Shown here in pieces: positions 54,861 through 63,206 of a stretch of DNA of 64,000 bases; positions within the stretch are counted from its first letter, which is position 1, and each line of letters starts with the position of its first letter. The notes beneath the pieces are model-generated. The model was not told the origin of the DNA and made no database searches. It saw only the letters and a program-made list of their open reading frames with translations. The position numbers and the translations under genes are program-made. The stretch lies in NCBI RefSeq assembly GCF_056712565.1, contig NZ_CM160072.1. The stretch is one strand, 5' to 3'.

Positions 54861-55547
54861 TTAAAAGAGACCTTCTATATCGACTTCAATGCCCAAATAA
54901 CGGACTGTGCTTTCCAGTTTCTTATGGCCCAACAGAAGTTGGATCACCCGGAGACTCTTGGTTTTCTTGTAGATTAAGTAAGGTTTTGTTCTTCTCATGG
55001 AATGTGTGCTGTACAGCGAATCTTCGAGACCAAGCTTTTCTACCCACCCATGAAAAATTCGGTTGTATTGCCGGGTTGATATATGGTGGTTAGTTCCGAC
55101 CCGAGAGCGGAACAGGAAGCCTTTACTATGCCAGTTGCCGAGCTTTATCAATGCAGTAACCGCTTCCCTTGTCCCTTTGGTTATCTCAAATTGGACAGGG
55201 CTGCCGGTTTTCTGTTGCAACACCGTTGCTCTGCTTGAGACAGAACTGCCATATGCAGCATCTGATACTTTGAGTTTGACCAAATCACAGCCCCGTAGCT
55301 TAGTGTCCAAAGCCATGTTGAACAGAGCTAGATCGCGTGTTTTACCTTCCAACTCAAGTCTAATCCGGATCCCCCAGATATGAAATATCTGAAGTGGCCT
55401 TTTTTGACCGATGGTACGGTCTTTATTCCACGGTGACGTTTTCATATTCAAATCTCCTGCAATGTGGGAGATTTGAGTATGGTTGTCTCTCAAGAGCGAA
55501 AATAAGTCAACTATCACTAGTTGTTGCGCATGTACGTATTCTGTCAA
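54861..55547 (-). CDS. Short tyrosine-type site-specific recombinase (catalytic domain with only ~50-aa N-terminal extension)
   Basis: 228-aa ORF with the tyrosine-recombinase motif series: R in DTKLRGCDL, HSMRRT (H-x-x-R), LLGH, Y in TVRYLG; starts 4 nt after the stop of the upstream 280-aa gene. Confidence 0.6.
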   Translation of the reverse strand: MTEYVHAQQLVIVDLFSLLRDNHTQISHIAGDLNMKTSPWNKDRTIGQKRPLQIFHIWGIRIRLELEGKTRDLALFNMALDTKLRGCDLVKLKVSDAAYGSSVSSRATVLQQKTGSPVQFEITKGTREAVTALIKLGNWHSKGFLFRSRVGTNHHISTRQYNRIFHGWVEKLGLEDSLYSTHSMRRTKPYLIYKKTKSLRVIQLLLGHKKLESTVRYLGIEVDIEGLF

Positions 55548-56291
55548 TTAATTATTGACAATCATCAATTCTGGAATGATCAAAATCATCATATCGAATT
55601 ATAGTCTGGTTGACTGTATCTATTGTTGGTGTCATTTCTGTTATAATATCCTGATAACCTAAAGAGTTAAATACATTTACTAAGGCCTCACACCGAAGGG
55701 CCGTAGCAATTACAAAATTATAAATTGCCAGCCGTTTATTTTCTTGTTTAACTGCAAGAATGAATTCGATAGCAGTATTTTCATCACTTTGGATTGCATT
55801 ATATAGAGATACTATATTTACCATATCATCAGAGAATGTATGTATTGAATCACAAAGGGGAACGTAATGGGCATGATAGTGTGTTTCCCAGCCAATTAAT
55901 TCAAAAAGTCTTCTGGTTCCTGGATATTCAGGTGTATTTGGCCACAATCTATTAAATAGATCAGTTAGTTCTTTTCCCATGCGAATCCTTTCATTTGCTG
56001 CTGGATTAGTCATTCCTTTGGATTTTAAACACTCCAGCCACCGTTTTCCATTACTATGAACTAATTTCTTACTAGCCTTGAGTAATGCTTGTGCATTTTC
56101 GCCATCATCTATTGCTATATAAAATTGATTGGCAGCCTGTTCTATTATAACCCTAGCTAATACTTCCGATGCTGAAAAGGCTCCTATATTCAAAGAAGAG
56201 ATAGCCTGATTACTAAGTTCATTCAGTACATTAAAGTACTGTAAGACCATCAATTTTTGTTCCACACCCTTTAGGTTGTCTGGATTTGCCC

Positions 56292-57197
56292 CTATATTTC
56301 CAGACACCTGTTATCACTTAACCCATTACTGGCTTGCTGCCGTAGATATTCCCGTGGCGAGCGATAACCCAGTGCACTATGCGGATGCCATTCGTTATAA
56401 TGCTCGAACGCCTCTGCAAGGTTCTTTGCTGCCGTTAACCCGTCTGGTTTGGGCATGACACTGATGTAGTCACGCTTTATCGTTTTCACGAAGCTCTCTG
56501 CTATGCCGTTACTCTCCGGACTCCGCACCGCCGTGCTCTTCGGTTCAAGCCCCAACATCCGGGCAAACTGCCGTGTTTCATTAGCCCGGTAGCATGAACC
56601 ATTATCCGTCAGCCACTCTACTGGAGACGCCGGAAGCTCGTTGCCGAAGCGGCGTTCCACCGCTCCCAGCATGACGTCCTGTACTGTTTCACTGTTGAAG
56701 CCGCCCGTAGTGACCGCCCAGTGCAGTGCCTCACGGTCACAGCAGTCCAGCGCGAACGTGACTCGCAGTTTTTCTCCGTTATCACAGCGGAACTCGAACC
56801 CGTCAGAGCACCATCGCTGATTACTTTCTTTCACAGCCACTCTGCCTGTATGTGCCCGTTTCGATGGCGGTACAGCAGGTTTTCGCTCAAGCAACAGCGC
56901 ATTCTGGCGCATGATCCGGTAAACACGTTTGGCATTGATCGCAGGCATACCATCAAGTTCTGCCTGTCTGCGAAGCAGCGCCCATACCCGACGATAACCA
57001 TACGTGGGCAGCTCTCCGATAACATGGTGTATACGGAGAAGCACATCCGTATCATCAGTGTGACGACTGCGGCGGCCATCCATCCAGTCATCGGTTCGTC
57101 TGAGAATGACGTGCAACTGCGCACGCGACACCCGGAGACAACGGCTGACTAAGCTTACTCCCCATCCCCGGGCAATAAGGGCGCGTGCGCTATCCAC
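56292..57197 (-). CDS. insD: IS2 transposase OrfB (InsD, DDE catalytic domain)
   Basis: 301-aa [41 protein letters not shown]. Confidence 0.9.
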
Positions 57198-57520
57198 TTT
57201 TTTGCCCGTCCATATTCAACGGCTTCTTTGAGGAGTTCATTTTCCATCGTTTTCTTGCCGAGCAGGCGCTGGAGTTCTTTAATCTGCTTCATGGCGGCAG
57301 CAAGTTCAGAGGCAGGAACAACCTGTTCTCCGGCGGCGACAGCAGTAAGACTTCCTTCCTGGTATTGCTTACGCCAGAGAAATAACTGGCTGGCTGCTAC
57401 ACCATGTTGCCGGGCAACGAGGGAGACCGTCATCCCTGGTTCAAAGCTCTGCTGAACAATTGCGATCTTTTCCTGTGTGGTACGCCGTCTGCGTTTCTCC
57501 GGTCCTAAGACATCAATCAT
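57155..57520 (-). CDS. insC: IS2 OrfA (InsC, HTH); fused to OrfB by -1 frameshift in the 57155..57197 overlap
   Basis: ORF 57155..57565; start set at [26 protein letters not shown]. Confidence 0.85.
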
Positions 57521-57768
57521 CTGCTCTCCAATGACTAGTCTAAAAACTAGTATTAAGACTATCACTTAAATAAGTGATATTGGTTGTCTGGAGATTCAGG
57601 GGGCCAGTCTATTGTCTATTTTATTTTTATGCTCCTCAAATTTTGCATGGATATATTTATTTATCGCGGCTATTTTTTTTACATCTTCGTCAAGATCAAA
57701 CGGGCAACGTCCAAACAATTCTTTTTTCATATATTTCTCCTGTTGTACAAGCTTCCATAAGTTGGCAG

Positions 57769-57774
57769 ATTATA
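57769..57774 (-). promoter_or_regulatory. Candidate sigma70 -10 hexamer (TATAAT) ~40 nt upstream of the 280-aa gene start
   Basis: Plus-strand attata at 57769..57774; no clear -35 identified. Confidence 0.3.
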
Positions 57775-57962
57775 CACTGAAGATTACCTATAAATAGCTG
57801 TGCGGGATAGCAGATCAGTGCAAGAAGTACAACCAAGTGAACTGTGCGTATTCAGATACCTGGCCTAACGTTCGCGATAGCCGTCCCCTGCACGAAGCCA
57901 TATATTAGATGTATTAGCTCAGACCTTATCTGACAGGTTGAGTAGGTAGAATCTAATCAAAG

Positions 57963-57980
57963 CTGACAGTCTGGTTTGGA
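57963..57980 (+). repeat. Copy 2 of the motif (ctgacagtctggtttgga), same orientation as copy 1
   Basis: Direct repeat of copy 1; together they bracket the whole cargo module. Confidence 0.7.
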
Positions 57981-58080
57981 CTGTGAGTTCAACCGATGGA
58001 TGCAACACACAGCGATCTACGGACATTACTAGCATAGCTGTGTATTAATCATCGGGAAGCAGGTCAGTCCGCTCCTAGCA

Positions 58081-58096
58081 CAGAGCAGACTGTCAG
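58081..58096 (-). repeat. Copy 3 of the motif, inverted (minus strand reads ctgacagtctgctctg)
   Basis: Inverted relative to copies 1 and 2; 102 bp from copy 2; sits in the loop of a 10-bp perfect stem (58076..58085 with 58108..58117). Confidence 0.7.
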
Positions 58097-58151
58097 ATTA
58101 GGCTTTACTCTGTGCTATAGATACGTTAGCTCACTCCAGAGATCATACAAC

Positions 58152-58679
58152 TTATTGCGGCATTTCCGGCCATTCAGGATTTGCAGGATCCACACGGCTG
58201 ACCAGAACACTGTAGCGTTCCCATGCTTCCAGTCGGCTACGCTCCTCATCTGTTGCCATATTCAGTCTGACAGAGCGTTCCAGTGGCTGAATGATAGTTT
58301 CAGCTTCGGAAAGCAAAGCTGACTTCTGTAATTCCGCCAGTTGCAGCTGTTCGTCTGCCGTATAAATCCGCTTAATCACGGCACCATCCTTAAACATCCA
58401 TTTACCTGAGTCATCAGCACGTCGGTTGGCGGTAATATCAGGAACCTCGACAACGCTAAAACCTTCAGGGTTGAGCGTTGAAGCATCTCTGGTGATGCCG
58501 ACAATTATATTATTCTCATCGTAAACAATCTTTATCGTGTCTTCCTGAAAATTACTTACTTCCTCATACCAGTTTTTTCCCTCTTCGGACCATAACCAGA
58601 TAACATCAAAATTTTTTGTCAGTTGATATTGGGCAACAGTTTTTGGATTACCCGCAGTAATATTTTTTAAATGCTGCAT
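58152..58679 (-). CDS. G: P2 gpG-like tail fibre assembly protein
   Basis: 175-aa ORF immediately downstream of the tail fibre gene. Confidence 0.85.
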   Translation of the reverse strand: MQHLKNITAGNPKTVAQYQLTKNFDVIWLWSEEGKNWYEEVSNFQEDTIKIVYDENNIIVGITRDASTLNPEGFSVVEVPDITANRRADDSGKWMFKDGAVIKRIYTADEQLQLAELQKSALLSEAETIIQPLERSVRLNMATDEERSRLEAWERYSVLVSRVDPANPEWPEMPQ

Positions 58680-58682
58680 AAA

Positions 58683-61412
58683 TTACACCTGTGCGACGTT
58701 ATACCATGTGCCATTGATGTATTTTTGTATTGGTCTGAATACTGCGGGGTCATCACCATCGACTTCACCGACAATACCAAGCCCGGTAATTACGTGCCCT
58801 GCTTTCTCATACATCACCCCTTTCTGCATGGTCTGGACAACACGTGTGCCAAGTCTGACATCTCTCACATAGCGGGAATCAAAGTTACCGTAATCCGAGG
58901 GATTAACACGCCCCGTAATATTTATGGTTTTATTACTTTGAACGCTTCCGGAGACAAAGCGCATAACATGGACGCTATTAGCATAAACATCCAGATTACC
59001 ATCACCATTTTGTTTAAAGCCCGTGTCATTATCACCCAAAACAATCGAATTACCGCCAAGAGCACTGGATGTTCCTATACCCAGAGCACCATTCAATTGA
59101 CCACCAGATAACGGCAGTGCACCGACATCTCCCGCTGTAGGTTTTCGCGTTGTGGTATAAAACTCAGACCAGTCAGCCTCGAATCCGTAACCGTCACGAG
59201 CAGAACGATAAAAAATACCACCGTTCTTATAATTAACGCGAAACTGGGCGGCGGGACAACTTCCTTCCCCGATATTAAAATGAAGAATTAACGTTGATGC
59301 CCCACCAATAGTTGCGTTATAGGCTCCGCTACTCCAGTTCCATCCAACGGCTTTATCATTCGCAACGGTGTCTCCTGTTTTTCCTGAAGCAAATGCACCA
59401 ATATTTTTCGGCGTCAGGTTAATATCTGATGTTCCATCAAACGAAACGTTATTAATTTTACGGGCTGTTTTCAGCTTTGTTGCTGTCGCCGCATTGCCGG
59501 ACAGTTCACCAGAAAGGCCAGCACTGAATGTCTGTTTCGCGCCCCATGTCTGGGCTTCGTCGATAATTGGCACACGTCTTGTCGTGATCGTGCGGCTTCC
59601 CGGATTTCCTGAAATACGCACCATAAAAAAGCGGTAGTTGGCTTTACTTACAGTGCTGCGCCATACATGCATTGAGCGTCCCGAACCAGAATCATCACTC
59701 GGACCGACTGAGATGTTTATCAGGTTGCCATCAATGACGCCCCAGTCCATACCGTCGGGAATATTGGTCATGTTATCCAGCCGAACGGTTATCAGACTGC
59801 CCGGCACAAAATCGTATGTCTGCCAGTCCAGGCTGGTGAGTTTTGCCACTGCGCCACCGATACCCAACTCTAACGGCAAAGAGTTTGAGTTATAAATCTG
59901 TCGCCACTCCCCCCACGCGTTAAATGAGCCACCAAGAAACACTCGCTCATATAAACGGTCTTTTGTAGCTGCGCTGGTTCCTGTGGTCGTGTAACGTTGC
60001 AAAACATAGACACCATCCTTGCGCCTGATGACTTCCAGAAAACCAGACTGCCCCTGGATTGGGGTGTGGGTCGCTTTGCCTGTCACACTGTAAATACCTG
60101 GAGACATCAAATCATCCAGGTCATCCTCATAGAAGGTACTACTGGTCTGATAACCAATTTGGATCCAGTCTTCCCACTGTGGATTTTCTGCATCCCATTT
60201 GGCTGTCAGGCCGCGAATATACATAGTCCCGTTACGGGTTGTATAACGCTGTGTGCGTCCATATAGCCCACCTTCGAAAATTTCCAGAATGCCCTGCGCG
60301 TCTCCTCCCTGCTCGGGGTAATGTCGTTCAAAAGAAGCTATTGCTGAACTGCTGTTTCTCCATAGACCTAAATGTTCTGCGCCACCGAGAGAGTTAAGGT
60401 CAATGGTCGTACTTAGAGCTCGCGTTACAGCCTGAACATGGCGCCATGCTCCCCATGGTCCATCATTACCATTCCATGTTCCAATGAGTTTGCGGATATA
60501 CAAATTTCCGTCACGTGTGGTATAGCGTTGCGTGCCTGCAAAATTGCCGCCAGTAAAAACCTCAAGCACACCGACAGCATTATCTTCAGGGAAGTTTTTC
60601 TCCAGTGTTGCGTTGGTGGACGTTGCTTTAGACCAGATACCTGAATAAGCCTTAACAGAACCAAACGTATTCAGATCAGCATCAACCGGCATTTCGCCAT
60701 TGTTTTTCATAAACGTCAGGCTGGTAACGCCAACATTGTCCAGAAAAGCTGATTTATCCTGGATATCTGCACCATTCTGATTTTTCGCCAGACGTGAATT
60801 TGCGTTGTCATTTGCTGCCTTGACCGCTTTTGGCGTTGCTGCCAATGACTCACTGGTGCTGTTTGTTGCACTGCTTAACTGAGTAAAACCTTTTTCTGTC
60901 AGCGTGGCGTCAGGATGGCGGCGGGACTGCTCATGCTCTGCGATTTTGTCATCGACGTAATCCTGCGTCGCCATCACTGTGCTGGCATCAATACTCAGCT
61001 CAACGGACGCCACGTTACTGACAATAATAACCATGCGGCAGGTCTGCGCACGCCCGGAGCCTTCAGCCAGTTCTGGCTTATAGCTTTCAGCCATGTTGGA
61101 TACCGCAATCAGTGTTCCGGCATCGTCATACAGACCAAGCTCACGCATCCAGAAGCCGCCCACTTCGGGCGGTACAACCAGTTCAGCCACGATATAGTTT
61201 TTATTCTTGTTATCCACGCTGACTTTATTCAGAGCGTGACGCCAGACCTCATGCACCAGTTTCGTCTGACCGGCATCCGGCACCGGCAATTTGCCATTAC
61301 CGTCACCCACGGCCATTGCAGACAGGGTTACTTTTTTCCCGCCGGGGACAGTGGCGGCTGCCAGCTTTGCGGCTCCGGCAGTAGTGATAACGGTTTTAAA
61401 TTTCGTGCTCAT
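58683..61412 (-). CDS. H: P2 gpH-like tail fibre protein (long variant, 909 aa)
   Basis: N-terminus MSTKFKTVITTAGAAKLAAATVPGGKKVTLSAMAVGDGNG is P2 H-like; extended Gly/Thr/Ser-rich distal region. Confidence 0.85.
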   Translation of the reverse strand: MSTKFKTVITTAGAAKLAAATVPGGKKVTLSAMAVGDGNGKLPVPDAGQTKLVHEVWRHALNKVSVDNKNKNYIVAELVVPPEVGGFWMRELGLYDDAGTLIAVSNMAESYKPELAEGSGRAQTCRMVIIVSNVASVELSIDASTVMATQDYVDDKIAEHEQSRRHPDATLTEKGFTQLSSATNSTSESLAATPKAVKAANDNANSRLAKNQNGADIQDKSAFLDNVGVTSLTFMKNNGEMPVDADLNTFGSVKAYSGIWSKATSTNATLEKNFPEDNAVGVLEVFTGGNFAGTQRYTTRDGNLYIRKLIGTWNGNDGPWGAWRHVQAVTRALSTTIDLNSLGGAEHLGLWRNSSSAIASFERHYPEQGGDAQGILEIFEGGLYGRTQRYTTRNGTMYIRGLTAKWDAENPQWEDWIQIGYQTSSTFYEDDLDDLMSPGIYSVTGKATHTPIQGQSGFLEVIRRKDGVYVLQRYTTTGTSAATKDRLYERVFLGGSFNAWGEWRQIYNSNSLPLELGIGGAVAKLTSLDWQTYDFVPGSLITVRLDNMTNIPDGMDWGVIDGNLINISVGPSDDSGSGRSMHVWRSTVSKANYRFFMVRISGNPGSRTITTRRVPIIDEAQTWGAKQTFSAGLSGELSGNAATATKLKTARKINNVSFDGTSDINLTPKNIGAFASGKTGDTVANDKAVGWNWSSGAYNATIGGASTLILHFNIGEGSCPAAQFRVNYKNGGIFYRSARDGYGFEADWSEFYTTTRKPTAGDVGALPLSGGQLNGALGIGTSSALGGNSIVLGDNDTGFKQNGDGNLDVYANSVHVMRFVSGSVQSNKTINITGRVNPSDYGNFDSRYVRDVRLGTRVVQTMQKGVMYEKAGHVITGLGIVGEVDGDDPAVFRPIQKYINGTWYNVAQV

Positions 61413-61422
61413 TGTTTCTCAC

Positions 61423-61953
61423 TTATCCGGGATAAACAGTAATAACATCACCATCACAGACCACACCGCCTGTATACAGACAGCCGGGAATGTCCTGGAT
61501 AATGTTCAGACCGATAAGGTGGCGACTTGCGGGTTTGGCATCGGCAATAAGCCGTTCCATTTCCAGATACATCTCCTCCGTGATGCCGCTTTCCAGCACA
61601 CCGATATCAAGGCGAAAGGTTCCGGGCGGGTCGTTTGTCTCCCACCATTCCTTTACGTTAATGAGATAGCCGAGCGGCTCCACCACACGCCGGATTGCGC
61701 CTATAGTGCCCTTATGGCAGTGAATGAAATACGCATCGCGGATAACGGCGCGTTTTGTTGCTTCCGGCCACTTTTCATCCCACCTGTCAACAGAAAACGC
61801 CCACGCCAGCCACGGCAGCAGATTTGCCGGACAGGTGTCCGGGTTCCACAGCTCACGAATACTGACCGGCGTTTTTTCAATTTCCGCACAGGCTTTTGCG
61901 GCGGCAACTTCAAGCGGTGATGAGCCGGTCGGCAGCAGGCGCGAATCACTCAT
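61423..61953 (-). CDS. I: P2 gpI-like baseplate protein
   Basis: 176-aa ORF; position between J and H. Confidence 0.88.
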   Translation of the reverse strand: MSDSRLLPTGSSPLEVAAAKACAEIEKTPVSIRELWNPDTCPANLLPWLAWAFSVDRWDEKWPEATKRAVIRDAYFIHCHKGTIGAIRRVVEPLGYLINVKEWWETNDPPGTFRLDIGVLESGITEEMYLEMERLIADAKPASRHLIGLNIIQDIPGCLYTGGVVCDGDVITVYPG

Positions 61954-62854
61954 CAGAGCCTCCGGTCACGACGCGGTATTCGGTACAGAAAGACGCCTGC
62001 GTACTGTTGAGCACGATGTCGGCCAGCGGTGCAGTCAGTTCGACACGCTGCACGCCTTCCACATGCAAAGCGGCATAAATGGCAGACAGACGGATGTCGC
62101 GCCCCAGCCGGTGCTGTGCCGTGATATACGCTTCCAGTTTTTTTACTGCGGCCGCGCGGATGGGTTCGCTTTCGGGACCAGGGTAAAGGTAAAGCGTGGC
62201 GTTTATCTGGTATTCAACGATGGCGGCAGACTGCACGGTCACGCGGTCAGCCACCGGCCTGACATCCTCGCCATTAAGGGCGTTACGTACCACCGCCAGC
62301 AGGTCTTCGGATGCCACACCGTTATTCTCACGTGACAGCACAGAGATGGTGACGCAGGCCGGAGACGGACTGGTGACAGAGATATCCGCGACACGCCCGT
62401 CGGCACTGCGGCCATGATACTGATAGGCACCCACCGACCCGGCGACGCTTAAGCCTTCAAACGCCTGCTGAATACGCAGCCGGTAATCGGTGTCAGACTC
62501 CATCACTGCCGGTGTCGGCGGGATAGTCGAATCATCTGCCGGGGTGATAATCAGGCGCGTGGTGTTGTAATTGGCACCAATCACATCAAGGTCATTACCG
62601 GCAGCACAGGCCAGCATCACCGCCCGTGCGGCCTCATTCACACGCTGACGCCAGATAAGTTCACGATAAGCATTTTCCTCCAGCAGTTTGACGAGAGGCT
62701 CGGATTCCAGCGTCAGGGTACGGGCGACCGCCTCCTGCTGGTCTTCCGGGTAAAGGGAAATCAGTGTCGCCTTGCGTTCGGCAAGAATGGTTTCAAAGTC
62801 CAGCTCCTCGACCACATCCGGTGCGGGTAGCTGGTTCAGGTCGATAATCGGCAT
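61946..62854 (-). CDS. J: P2 gpJ-like baseplate protein
   Basis: 302-aa ORF MPIIDLNQLPAPDVVEELDFETILAERKA. Confidence 0.9.
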   Translation of the reverse strand: MPIIDLNQLPAPDVVEELDFETILAERKATLISLYPEDQQEAVARTLTLESEPLVKLLEENAYRELIWRQRVNEAARAVMLACAAGNDLDVIGANYNTTRLIITPADDSTIPPTPAVMESDTDYRLRIQQAFEGLSVAGSVGAYQYHGRSADGRVADISVTSPSPACVTISVLSRENNGVASEDLLAVVRNALNGEDVRPVADRVTVQSAAIVEYQINATLYLYPGPESEPIRAAAVKKLEAYITAQHRLGRDIRLSAIYAALHVEGVQRVELTAPLADIVLNSTQASFCTEYRVVTGGSDE

Positions 62855-62858
62855 GGTT

Positions 62859-63206
62859 TCAACTCACAGGGATGGTTAACGAAAGTGGCTGGCCGGTGTC
62901 GTTGTGCTGACCGGTTAACGTGACCGTCATTCGCCCGTCAAAACTGCGCTCAGTGGTGACGGATGACAGGGTGACGCGGGGTTCCCATTTCAGCACCGCC
63001 ATGTAACAGGCGACCTTAATCTGCAACTCAAGCGCCGGAGTCTGCGGCTGGTCAATCATTGACGCCAGCAACGAGCCGTAATCACGACGCATCACCCGCG
63101 AGCCGACCGGTGTGCGCAGGATATCGCCGATACTCTGGCTGATATGCTCAAGGTCAGTGACAGTCAGGCCATCACTGCGATTCATTCCGAGATAACGCGC
63201 AGTCAT
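62859..63206 (-). CDS. W: P2 gpW-like baseplate wedge protein
   Basis: 115-aa ORF MTARYLGMNRSDGLTVTDLEHISQSIGDIL. Confidence 0.9.
   Translation of the reverse strand: MTARYLGMNRSDGLTVTDLEHISQSIGDILRTPVGSRVMRRDYGSLLASMIDQPQTPALELQIKVACYMAVLKWEPRVTLSSVTTERSFDGRMTVTLTGQHNDTGQPLSLTIPVS

Larger units (their letters stand above)
56281..57611 (-). mobile_element. Insertion sequence IS2 (IS3 family), 1331 bp, with 5-bp target-site duplication TTGTC at 56276..56280 and 57612..57616
   Basis: Ends tggatttgcccctatatttccagaca ... ggttgtctggagattcagggggccagtcta match the IS2 termini as I recall them; contains insC/insD; flanked by identical ttgtc. Confidence 0.93.
55552..57730 (-). pseudogene. Uncharacterised 280-aa protein gene split by IS2 (C-terminal part 55552..56280, N-terminal part 57617..57730)
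   Basis: Removing IS2 and one TTGTC copy joins MKKELFGRCPFDLDEDVKKIAAINKYIHAKFEEHKNKI in frame to DNLKGVEQKLMVLQYFNV...; AGGAG Shine-Dalgarno before the ATG at 57730; the ORF-track 251-aa ORF starts inside IS2. Confidence 0.65.

Noticed and set aside
56721-57455. Plus-strand ORFs inside IS2 (56721..57152, 57185..57385, 57228..57455)
   Set aside because: Antisense to IS2 insC/insD; IS2 coding capacity is accounted for by OrfA and OrfB.
57780-58151. Retron msr/msd ncRNA hypothesis for the structured non-coding region
   Set aside because: No reverse transcriptase gene anywhere nearby; the adjacent 280-aa protein lacks RT motifs.
58152-61412. Mu/P1-style invertible tail-fibre (G-segment-like) switch driven by the recombinase
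   Set aside because: I found no copy of the 16-bp motif inside gene H or G, and the inverted motif pair lies downstream of G rather than flanking fibre-coding DNA; the recombinase is also tyrosine-type, unlike Gin/Cin.
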